DNA of 63,826 bases, filler included, from Welwitschia mirabilis (lineage: Eukaryota), in assembly GCA_051453625.1 (NCBI GenBank). It is 9 parts of one record of this genome, joined end to end, with 100 filler letters (N's around TTAATTAATTAA, not from the genome) between each part and the next. Parts side by side here need not be neighbours in the genome. Positions count along the whole stretch, not along the records: positions 13,277 to 20,492 come from JBOZIK010000001.1; positions 20,593 to 29,492 come from JBOZIK010000001.1; 7 more parts are not named here. One strand, 5' to 3'. Shown piece after piece: positions 13,616-24,919 of the stretch (position 1 is its first letter; the number at the start of each line of letters is the position of its first letter). A model generated the notes under the pieces. The model worked only from the letters and a program-made list of their open reading frames with translations. It was not told where the DNA came from and made no database searches. The position numbers and the translations under genes are program-made.

Positions 13616-15285
13616 TATTATGCTGCCAACTTATGTGTATTTAATAGGGTATTTTGAGTTATTTTGTAGATGAATTAATAGATAAATGATTAGTTCTTAT
13701 GATAATCAANNNNNNNNNNNNNNNNNNNNNNNNNNNNNNNNNNNNNNNNNNNNNNNNNNNNNNNNNNNNNNNNNNNNNNNNNNNNNNNNNNNNNNNNNNN
13801 NNNNNNNNNNNNNNNNNNNNNNNNNNNNNNNNNNNNNNNNNNNNNNNNNNNNNNNNNNNNNNNNNNNNNNNNNNNNNNNNNNNNNNNNNNNNNNNNNNNN
13901 NNNNNNNNNNNNNNNNNNNNNNNNNNNNNNNNNNNNNNNNNNNNNNNNNNNNNNNNNNNNNNNNNNNNNNNNNNNNNNNNNNNNNNNNNNNNNNNNNNNN
14001 NNNNNNNNNNNNNNNNNNNNNNNNNNNNNNNNNNNNNNNNNNNNNNNNNNNNNNNNNNNNNNNNNNNNNNNNNNNNNNNNNNNNNNNNNNNNNNNNNNNN
14101 NNNNNNNNNNNNNNNNNNNNNNNNNNNNNNNNNNNNNNNNNNNNNNNNNNNNNNNNNNNNNNNNNNNNNNNNNNNNNNNNNNNNNNNNNNNNNNNNNNNN
14201 NNNNNNNNNNNNNNNNNNNNNNNNNNNNNNNNNNNNNNNNNNNNNNNNNNNNNNNNNNNTCATTCAAACGTCACTTGTGGATGACATCTTAAATAGGGTG
14301 ATAACAAGTTCACATGCAGTTCACAAGTAGTTAAATTGGAAGCTAAATAGATATCTCATTATCAATCTTCATCATCTCCTACTTTATCCAAATGAATAAA
14401 AGGATGACACTATTCTCTCTCACTTTTATCAAATGTTTTTCTAAGTTATCATCACTTTTTTGCAACTTTACTTTACATGTTAGCTAGGGTTTCTCCTCTA
14501 CTTCTTTATCAGTTTCCCTTCCTTCTCTGTCTATAAATAAAGGTCTCCCCCTCAATTCCTAATCATCTTTGATAATACTTGACATTCTTGTGATAGAAGA
14601 TATTAGGACTAGAGAACTATCCAGTGATTACAAAGAGATGTTCCCTTCATGTTGGGCAGCATTTCCTTCATTGAAAAATAGCTACTTTGTAATGCATATG
14701 CTTTTATGCTTTTCAATATGAATTNNNNNNNNNNNNNNNNNNNNNNNNNNNNNNNNNNNNNNNNNNNNNNNNNNNNNNNNNNNNNNNNNNNNNNNNNNNN
14801 NNNNNNNNNNNNNNNNNNNNNNNNAGCATTTCCTTCATTGAAAAATAGCTACTTTGTAATGCATATGCTTTTATGCTTTTCAATATGAATTATCCTTTTT
14901 TGTTTAATATATGTAGGAATCTCTCCCTCGTAGTTTATGTTGTTTAAGATTTATGATAGATTTCTTCTATTATATAGATTATGAGAGCAGCCTTTGTTAA
15001 AGTTGAGATTGATTATATTAAATGCATAATTGTTTCTTTTCATAGATTAGTTTTGCATAACTATTTTAATTTCATGCATTGTAATTTATCTTAGTAGATT
15101 AGAGTTATATATTTCTTTCTCGAAATTAACTCTTTATTATCCATACTATTGGCCTTCGATGAATTACAACATTTGGATCACTTTCGACTATACTAGCATG
15201 TTGTTTTTATGTACCTTATTTATAATTAAAAGGATTTAGGATTTAGATCAAGGCATGAAACATTGCATGAATTCGCATCGTAACA
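13616..15285 (+). repeat. 5' LTR, family B
   Basis: TATTATGCTGCC (decayed TGTTACGCTGCC) ... CATCGTAACA. TATAAATA at 14532. Followed by the PBS. Confidence 0.88.
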
Positions 15286-15288
15286 AAT

Positions 15289-15306
15289 TGGTACTGTTGC
15301 TGGGGA
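15289..15306 (+). promoter_or_regulatory. PBS, tRNA-Asp type
   Basis: TGGTACTGTTGCTGGGGA versus the Athila consensus TGGCGCCGTTGCCGGGGA (4 transitions), 3 nt after the LTR CA. Confidence 0.85.
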
Positions 15307-16068
15307 AGGGTGCTTAGAAATCAAGAGTTATCGTTGCTTTAGTGGATGTTCTGAATGTTTGCTGTGGAAGCAGTGTACTAGTACCTTTTGTAAGTTTTAT
15401 TTTAGTTTTATTTTTACTAACCTCTGATGTCCCCTTTGTTGTCTAGATATCATAGTCAAATGACTGTCCCAATTTCTACTTTTTCTCTTTCTGTAGTCAT
15501 CTATGTTTTCTATTTCTGTCATCTAGGTTATCATCCAGATACCATATAGGATGATACCTTGTAAGATTTGAGACTGAATGGTGAAAATAGGAAAAGGCAA
15601 AAAATATTTGAGATACAAACAGTTCATTGTAGAAAATATCAAATAAGGTTTGCTAAATTTTAAATTTAAAAATCAAAATAACATAGGTACACAAGATTTA
15701 AAATTTCCTAAAATTTCTGTTTTTAATTCTANNNNNNNNNNNNNNNNNNNNNNNNNNNNNNNNNNNNNNNNNNNNNNNNNNNNNNNNNNNNNNNNNNNNN
15801 NNNNNNNNNNNNNNNNNNNNNNNNNNNNNNNNNNNNNNNNNNNNNNNNNNNNNNNNNNNNNNNNNNNNNNNNNNNNNNNNNNNNNNNNNNNNNNNNNNNN
15901 NNNNNNNNNNNNNNNNNNNNNNNNNNNNNNNNNNNNNNNNNNNNNNNNNNNNNNNNNNNNNNNNNNNNNNNNNNNNNNNNNNNNNNNNNNNNNNNNNNNN
16001 NNNNNNNNNNNNNNNNNNNNNNNNNNNNNNNNNNNNNNNNNNNNNNNNNNNNNNNNNNNNNNNNNNNN

Positions 16069-19000
16069 AAGGCTAAACTTTGGCTTAGAAAAATTCCTCA
16101 TAAGAGCCTAAAATCTTGAAGTCAAATTTAAGAAGCCTTTATAAAAAGATTTATGAACAAAATCACCATTCAAAAATGTAAGAAAGAAGTTACAAACTTC
16201 CAATAACTGTCTAATGAAGACTATGCCTCTGCCTATGAGAGATTCTTTGTGGCTTTACACTCAAACCCTGTAGACGCTTTTTCTAAGGTAGAATTAATAA
16301 ACTATTTCTATAGTAGGTTAAACAATCATACCAAGTAGCTTGTAGATTTCTCTTGTGGAGGAAACCTCTTGAACCAAACTCTAGAAGATGTTTAGAAGGT
16401 GTTAGAAGACTTAGTGAAAATAAGTCAAACTTGGCCAAAACCCTCATCTCGAGAAAACAGAACAGTAGACCAAATCATCAAAGACCTTAAAGAAGTAAAA
16501 TATAAGAAAACTGAAACCAAAAGAGAAAATGAACCAACTAGCATTATTACGAATTTCATTTCTACCTAATAGAAATATACTTAAATGATTCTTGATGCTA
16601 AAGTGACAACTAAGAAGAGTGAAATTATCATTCCAACATGCGATTTGTGTAAAGATAGCTATCACATTATGAAAGAGTGCCCCTCACTTCCTACTTATAA
16701 AGAGAGAATCTATGAAAAAGTGTGCACTTTCAACCAAATACCTTCTAACTACATGCCGAATCATGATCAAAGACAAGTTCCAAATCACAATTTTCAAAAT
16801 AGGATGAGTGAGAAACCAAATTCTAGAAACTTTCAAACATCTCGTCCTAACTTCTAGCCTTTTAGAAGTCAATTTGAAAATCTAAAATTTTAATCCAACC
16901 ATCCAAATAACTTGGAAAGCCCTTTCAACTCCTAAATCCATAGTGATTATCTTAGGAATTCCATTGAGGAGTTGAAAAAAACTCAAGAAAAGACAAACAC
17001 AAACATAGAAAACCTTGTGAAAATTTTACAACAAATTATGCTTGCTAACCAAAGATCACAAAGTACCCTTGCCACTCAACCCTTATCAAAATCTAATAAA
17101 TTACAAAAAGATTATAAGGTGGTGATAAGAAGTAAAACTATCAGAACTTCTAATCATGAGGCGTCAACTTCCCATAATAACAAAAATGATGAAGAAGAAG
17201 ACATTAAAATTCTAGAAAATCATTTATTCCCTTTTTCACTTAGTAACGAAAAGAAAAATTCTTTACAAAAGAAACCTGCTACCCCATGGCTTAATAGGCT
17301 TAACACAAATTCCATCTTTAATGATCATTTGAAAGCCTTAATGCAAAATGTGAACATCAACTTACCTTTTTGGAAACTTTTACAAGAGAACCCCAAATAC
17401 TCTAAGATATGAAAAGACTTAATAAGAAGAAAACAAAAATGAACTATTCCTAGTAAAGTCTTCCTAGCTAAATCCATTAGCAACTTAGTTTCCAAGAAGT
17501 ATTCAAAATTTAAATATCTGAGGGTAGCAACTGTTAGTATCACATTAGAAGGAAACCAAAGAATTAAAAAAGCTTTAATAGATATAGGAGCCAGTGTCAA
17601 CATCATGCCCTTATATATATGTCAATGTTTTATTTTAAAAGAAAGAGTAGAACCTACATGAGTTATCTTGGAGTTAGCCAAAACATCTANNNNNNNNNNN
17701 NNNNNNNNNNNNNNNNNNNNNNNNNNNNNNNNNNNNNNNNNNNNNNNNNNNNNNNNNNNNNNNNNNNNNNNNNNNNNNNNNNNNNNNNNAATAATGAGGA
17801 AGAGGACATAGAAATCCTAGAAAACCATTCCTTCCCTTCCTCACTTAGCAACAAAAGAAACATCCTTTAAAAAATAAACTCTCTATCCCATGACTTGATA
17901 GGCTAAACATAAATCCCATCTTTAATAATCATTTGAAAGCATTAATGTAAAACATGAGCATCAACTTATCTTTTTGAAATCTTTTACAAGAGAATCCAAA
18001 ATACTCTAAGCTATGGAAAAACCTAATAAAAATGAAACAAAATAAATTATCCCTAGTAAAGTCTTCTTAGCTCAATCCATTAACAATTTCATTTACAAGA
18101 AGTGTTCAAAGTTTAAAGATTCGGGGATGGCAACCATTAGTATCACTTTAGAGGAAAACCATAGAATTAAGAAAGCCTTGATAGATATAGGGGCTAGTGT
18201 CAATATTATGCTCTTACACATCTATCAACGTCTTAGATTATAAGAAAGAGTAGAGCCTACAAATGTTATCTTAGAATTAGCTAATACATCTGTGAAGAAA
18301 TATTTAGATGTAATAAAGGACTTGGTTATTTAACTAGAGAAAGCTTTCTACCTAATTGATGTAGTTATTTTAGAAGTTGAGCATTAAGGTGGATATCTCC
18401 TACTTCTAGGTAGAGCTTTCCATGCAATAGCCCATTGCATCATAGACACTCGAACTAGATTAATAAAGTACCATTTTAGAAATAAACAATTTTCAATAAG
18501 AGTGTTTAATATGGCTGAAAAATATTTATGCAATGATTTAAGTGTGGAGGAAGAAATAAAACCAACCTTATTTTTACAACATCATCCACTTGAGGAGAGA
18601 TAGTCTATGCTTCATGAGCCAACCTTGTTTGATGATTACACAAAAGTAGAATACCTTTATGAGCTTAATGAACAACTTGAGTTTGACTATTCCTCCACTG
18701 AGTTTTCTGATCTGATGAGAAGTAAACTTAAGTCTGTAACCTGTTTTGAAATCTGAGAGAACAAAAACCTTGAGAATTCTTGTTGTGAAACCAGTCGTTC
18801 AATCTTGACGTCCAGATGACAGTCCAAGACAACAATCAACTTTCCTAAAAATTATTTTAGAACCAGAGTTCTAAACCTTAACCTGAATCTAAAACCTCTG
18901 AGCAGTGGACTAAAATATATTTTTATGAACAGAGATTTGAATAAACCCTTAATTATCAATAAAAATCTCTCACCTCAATAAGAATCCAATCTTATCTCTA

Positions 19001-20852
19001 TTTTAGAGTTAAAAGTTCATGCATTTGCTTGGTCTGATAATGATCTATTAACCATTCCCACTTCCATTATGTAATACAAAATCTACCTCAAAGAAAATTT
19101 CAAACCTGTGAGCGAACCCTAATGTAGACTAAATCTAGCCCTAAAGCAAATCATAAAAAATGAAATTATAAAACTTATGGATGCTAGAATCATTTACTCT
19201 ATTGCTGATAGTGAGTGGATTAGCCCCTTGATAGTAGTATCAAAAAAGGGTGGAAAATGGGATATGTGCATAGATTTCCATAAGTTAAACAAAGTCACTG
19301 AAAAAGACCACTGTCCTTTACCTTTTCTTAATCAAATTCTTGATAGGAGTCAGGGACATGCTTTCTATTATTTTCTTGACGGTTATAGCAGTTACAATCA
19401 AATGTTCATTGCCCTTAAGGACCAAAACAAAATCACTTTCACTTCTTCTTGTGGCACCTTTGCCTTTAGATGCATGCCTTTTGGACTTTGTAATGCTCTC
19501 GGTACCTTTCAACATGCTATGATGGGCATTTTTTCTAATATACTTGAGGATTCCATCAAGATTTTTATGGATGACTTCTCTATCTATGCCAAAATCTTTG
19601 AAAAAATCTTAGATCGTTTAGAGAAAGTCTTAAATTGATACATTACTAGTGGCCTCCACTTGAGTTGGGAAAAGANNNNNNNNNNNNNNNNNNNNNNNNN
19701 NNNNNNNNNNNNNNNNNNNNNNNNNNNNNNNNNNNNNNNNNNNNNNNNNNNNNNNNNNNNNNNNNNNNNNNNNNNNNNNNNNNNNNNNNNNNNNNGGTTA
19801 GATCTTTCTTTGGTCATTGTGGTTTTTACTGTTAGTTTATTAGTGATTACGTTTCTATTTAAAAACCTCTTTACTCGTTACATGAAAAAGATGCCAAATT
19901 CAAATGGAATGAATCTTGTTAAACTTCTTTTGATAGGCTTAAACAGAGATTATCTGATGCTCCTATAGTAATGAGACCCAATTGGATACTTGACTTTAAG
20001 CTTATGTGTGATGCTAGTAATTTTGCTGTGGGTGGGGTTCTTTGCCAAAAATATGAGAAAGAGTTTAAAGTTATATCTTACCATACCAAGACATTGTCTA
20101 GAGCTTAAATGAATTATACTACTACTAAAAAATAAATGATTGCTATTATCTTTTACCTTAATTCTCTTCGACATTATCTTTTAGGCTATCACATGAATGT
20201 TTATACCAACCATGCTGCCATTCATTACCTCATGACTAAGAAAGAATCTAGTGCCCATTTGATTAAATGGATCCTCCTTATGCAAGACTTCAATCTGACC
20301 ATCATAGGTAAAACCAGGAAGCATAAGTCTATTGACTACCACTTATCTCAACTTCCTTCTCCTCTAGATGATATTCTAGTTGATGATACATTTCATGATG
20401 AGCATTTCTTCATTGTTTCTTCTTCTCATCCTTCTCCATTATATGCTGTTGCGGTGTGAATTCATGCAATCGTGAAGTCCTTAGGTAAACCTNNNNNNNN
20501 NNNNNNNNNNNNNNNNNNNNNNNNNNNNNNNNNNNNTTAATTAATTAANNNNNNNNNNNNNNNNNNNNNNNNNNNNNNNNNNNNNNNNNNNNTTCTTGAG
20601 TGTGAACCTTTTAATTATTAGGGTATTGATTTTATGAGCCCTTTTCACCCATCTTCTTGTAATAAAAATTACATTTTAGTGGTTATTAATTATGTGACTA
20701 AATGAATTAAAGCCATACCTACTTCTTCGAATGATCCCGAACTATTTGTCATTTTCTTTGATCACATATCTTTCATAGATTTGGCTTTCCTAGAGTTATG
20801 ATTAGCGATTAGGGTACTCATTTCATAAATTCACTTTTCAAGAAACTTCTTT
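16069..20852 (+). pseudogene. gag-pol of B1
   Basis: Gag CDLCKDSYHIMKECP knuckle, ALIDIGASVNIM, SEWISPLIVV, FLDGYSSYNQ, FMDD, CDASNFAVGGVL, integrase GIDFM...RFGFPRVMISD*GTHF. Confidence 0.92.
20447..20492 (-). repeat. Family A LTR terminus inserted between RNase H and integrase of B1
   Basis: TGTTGCGGTGTGAATTCATGCAATC...AGGTAAACCT is the reverse complement of the LTR A 3' end. Cut by a gap. Confidence 0.8.
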
Positions 20853-23437
20853 TNNNNNNNNNNNNNNNNNNNNNNNNNNNNNNNNNNNNNNNNNNNNNNN
20901 NNNNNNNNNNNNNNNNNNNNNNNNNNNNNNNNNNNNNNNNNNNNNNNNNNNNNNNNNNNNNNNNNNNNNNNNNNNNNNNNNNNNNNNNNNNNNNNNNNNN
21001 NNNNNNNNNNNNNNNNNNNNNNNNNNNNNNNNNNNNNNNNNNNNNNNNNNNNNNNNNNNNNNNNNNNNNNNNNNNNNNNNNNNNNNNNNNNNNNNNNNNN
21101 NNNNNNNNNNNNNNNNNNNNNNNNNNNNNNNNNNNNNNNNNNNNNNNNNNNNNNNNNNNNNNNNNNNNNNNNNNNNNNNNNNNNNNNNNNNNNNNNNNNN
21201 NNNNNNNNNNNNNNNNNNNNNNNNNNNNNNNNNNNNNNNNNNNNNNNNNNNNNNNNNNNNNNNNNNNNNNNNNNNNNNNNNNNNNNNNNNNNNNNNNNNN
21301 NNNNNNNNNNNNNNNNNNNNNNNNNNNNNNNNNNNNNNNNNNNNNNNNNNNNNNNNNNNNNNNNNNNNNNNNNNNNNNNNNNNNNNNNNNNNNNNNNNNN
21401 NNNNNNNNNNNNNNNNNNNNNNNNNNNNNNNNNNNNNNNNNNNNNNNNNNNNNNNNNNNNNNNNNNNNNNNNNNNNNNNNNNNNNNNNNNNNNNNNNNNN
21501 NNNNNNNNNNNNNNNNNNNNNNNNNNNNNNNNNNNNNNNNNNNNNNNNNNNNNNNNNNNNNNNNNNNNNNNNNNNNNNNNNNNNNNNNNNNNNNNNNNNN
21601 NNNNNNNNNNNNNGACTTATGTATTACTCTTTGAAATATCATAATTAGTTTTATACTTGGGCATTTACAAGTGGTAAGATTGGATTCACCCAATCTTAAG
21701 ACATTTCCATATCTATGGGCTGTATTTACAGGAAGATGCCTTAGTTTCTTGTGTTCTTTTCAATGATGTTTAAATCTTAAGTTATCTGAGAGTGTTCTTT
21801 TTCTGTCTTTTATCTTACTTATTCGCCTTTATCTTTTTTAAGTGCATGATCATGTGGGAATTATCCTTTTTATTCAAAAAAAAAGAAAAAAAAGAAAAGA
21901 AAAAAAAAAGTAAAAAGCATGATGTCCTAACGCAAGTACACTGGGGTAAATATTTCTGAGAGGAGCCTTTGGTAGTGTATTATGGTAANNNNNNNNNNNN
22001 NNNNNNNNNNNNNNNNNNNNNNNNNNNNNNNNNNNNNNNNNNNNNNNNNNNNNNNNNNNNNNNNNNNNNNNNNNNNNNNNNNNNNNNNGTATTTACAGGA
22101 AGATGCCTTAGTTTCTTGTGTTCTTTTCAATGATGTTTAAATCTTAAGTTATCTGAGAGTGTTCTTTTTCTGTCTTTTATCTTACGTATTCGCCTTTATC
22201 TTTTTTAAGTGCATGATCATGTGGGAATTATCCTTTTTATTCAAAAAAAAGAAAAAAAAGAAAAGAAAAAAAAAGTGAAAAGCATGATGTCCTACCGCAA
22301 GTACACTGGGGTAAATATTTCTGAGAGGAGCCTTTGGTAGTGTATTATGGTAACTATGGGAACTCCACTGGGGGGTCAGCTGGTTATGCTTTATGGGTCC
22401 TTACTCCTCTAATAGTGGGTGCACTCCCCTCATCATGGCATAAGAAATAAAACTTCTTCCTACTTGATCATTTCACTTTTGAAGATTCCGATGAATTTGT
22501 AGGTAGAAATATATGAGTCCATTTCTCAGTAGCTTTTGGTTTTGACTTTCATTATTCTGTTCAATTTACACTATGGATATCACCATAACCATTACCTTTT
22601 TAGTATGAACTTTATGAAGTTAATACATTTTGTCATGCATCTTTACTTAGGTAATGTTATGATGTTTTCCTTTGGAGTTTTCTATGTTAGTACTTAGGAT
22701 AGGTAAACAATCTTCTTCTTATTCATTTTGTTTATTTTCACTCTGGTTTTCTTCTATTTTCGAGTCTATTATTTTAAAGTTATCTCTGCATTTTCTTAAT
22801 TTTTCTTAAGACTTTAATCATTTAGTAGTTTTATTGCTATTCACTCACAAGTTCCCTTATCATTTCTTTAGTTTTTATCTCTAGAATGCTTTCATCTTTT
22901 CTGTTTTAGCACATTTATTCCAATATTTCTTGCAATCTTTCATTTTTGCATTTTTCTTTTTCTTTTTCCTTAGGATTTTCCATTTTTGTTAGTTTAGGAA
23001 ATTTGGGATGCATTGCATATTTTAAGTAGGGGGCAGAACATACATATTATTTCAGTATTTCTGATAAAAAATTTTTTTGATTATAACAAAACATTATTGT
23101 AGGTCCTCCTTTTAAACTAGTTATTTATTAGTATTGTTTTATTAACAAAGTGTTTGATTTTTGTCATAGGTTTCAGATCTTGAAAATCTTTTGAGGAGCT
23201 TATCATTTTCATCCTCGTCCAGATGACATACCAGACGACCAATTTTACTATTACTTTATAGGTATTTTTGAGTTTTTAAATTTTTTAGAAATTTAGTCTA
23301 TTATTGAAATATGTTCCAAATTTTTATTAGATGCTTTATTTAGATATCCTAGCTATTTTTATCGTCTAAAAGTTATCTCATAGATATGGTTTACTTCCTA
23401 GTTTTGTCAGGGACTGATAAGGCTAAGTGAAGGACTA

Positions 23438-24382
23438 TGTTACGCTGCCAACTTATGTGTATTTGGTAGGATATTTTGAGTTGTTTTACAGAAGAATTAA
23501 TAGATAAATTCTTAATTCTTATGATAATAAAGAATCGAGATGAAGAGAATGAAAACATGCAGTTTACAGATAAATTACAAGCATTTCATGCAAATATGGA
23601 TAAATGATATTTTAGATAATGATCCCTACAAATAACAAGTGATTAGGCTAACTAAAGATTGATAAAAGCCTATTATCCACCTCATTGTCTAGATGTCACT
23701 AGTAGAGGACATCTTAAATAGGGTGATACTAAGTTCACATGCAGTTAATGAGTACTTAGACTAAGAGCTGAATAGATATCTCATTGTCAATCTTCATTGT
23801 CTCCTCCTTCATCCAGGCGATAAGAACGATGACACTGTTCTCTCACACTTTTACCAAATGTTCTCCCGAGTTGTCATCACTTCTTTGTGAGTTTACTTTG
23901 CATGTTAGCTAGGGTTTCTCCTTTACTTCTCTGTCAGTCTTCGTTCTTTTTCTATCTATAAATAAAGGTCTTCCCCTTGATTTCTAATCATCTTTGATAG
24001 TACCTGACATTTCCATAATAGAAGANNNNNNNNNNNNNNNNNNNNNNNNNNNNNNNNNNNNNNNNNNNNNNNNNNNNNNNNNNNNNNNNNNNNNNNNNNN
24101 NNNNNNNNNNNNNNNNNNNNNNNNNAGATATCTCATTATCAGTCTTCGTTCTACTTCGTCTGGATGACCAGAAGGATGACACTATTCTCTCTCACTTTTA
24201 CTAAATGTTTTCCTGAGTTATCACCACTTCTTTGCGACTTTATTTTGCATGTTAGCTAGGGTTTCTCCTCTACTTCTCTATCAGTTTTCATTCCTTTTCT
24301 GTCTATAAATAAAGGTCTCCTCCTTGATCCCTAATCATCTTTGATAGTACCTGACATTCTTATGATAGGAGATCTTAAGACC
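23438..24382 (+). repeat. 3' LTR, family B (partial; two paralogous pieces across a gap)
   Basis: TGTTACGCTGCC after the PPT. Homologous to 13616-14600. Confidence 0.88.
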
Positions 24383-24919
24383 NNNNNNNNNNNNNNNNNN
24401 NNNNNNNNNNNNNNNNNNNNNNNNNNNNNNNNNNNNNNNNNNNNNNNNNNNNNNNNNNNNNNNNNNNNNNNNNNNNNNNNNNNNNNNNNNNNNNNNNNNN
24501 NNNNNNNNNNNNNNNNNNNNNNNNNNNNNNNNNNNNNNNNNNNNNNNNNNNNNNNNNNNNNNNNNNNNNNNNNNNNNNNNNNNNNNNNNNNNNNNNNNNN
24601 NNNNNNNNNNNNNNNNNNNNNNNNNNNNNNNNNNNNNNNNNNNNNNNNNNNNNNNNNNNNNNNNNNNNNNNNNNNNNNNNNNNNNNNNNNNNNNNNNNNN
24701 NNNNNNNNNNNNNNNNNNNNNNNNNNNNNNNNNNNNNNNNNNNNNNNNNNNNNNNNNNNNNNNNNNNNNNNNNNNNNNNNNNNNNNNNNNNNNNNNNNNN
24801 NNNNNNNNNNNNNNNNNNNNNNNNNNNNNNNNNNNNNNNNNNNNNNNNNNNNNNNNNNNNNNNNNNNNNNNNNNNNNNNNNNNNNNNNNNNNNNNNNNNN
24901 NNNNNNNNNNNNNNNNNNN

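Larger units (their letters stand above)
13616..24382 (+). mobile_element. Athila family B copy B1, nested in the A2 integrase
   Basis: 5' LTR, PBS, gag-pol, 3' UTR, PPT (23419-23437) and 3' LTR. The right end is in a gap, and a linker gap lies at 20493-20592. Confidence 0.82.

Noticed and set aside
21877-21915. A-rich run as a retroposon tail
   Set aside because: It occurs at the same position in several Athila 3' UTR copies, so it is an internal feature.
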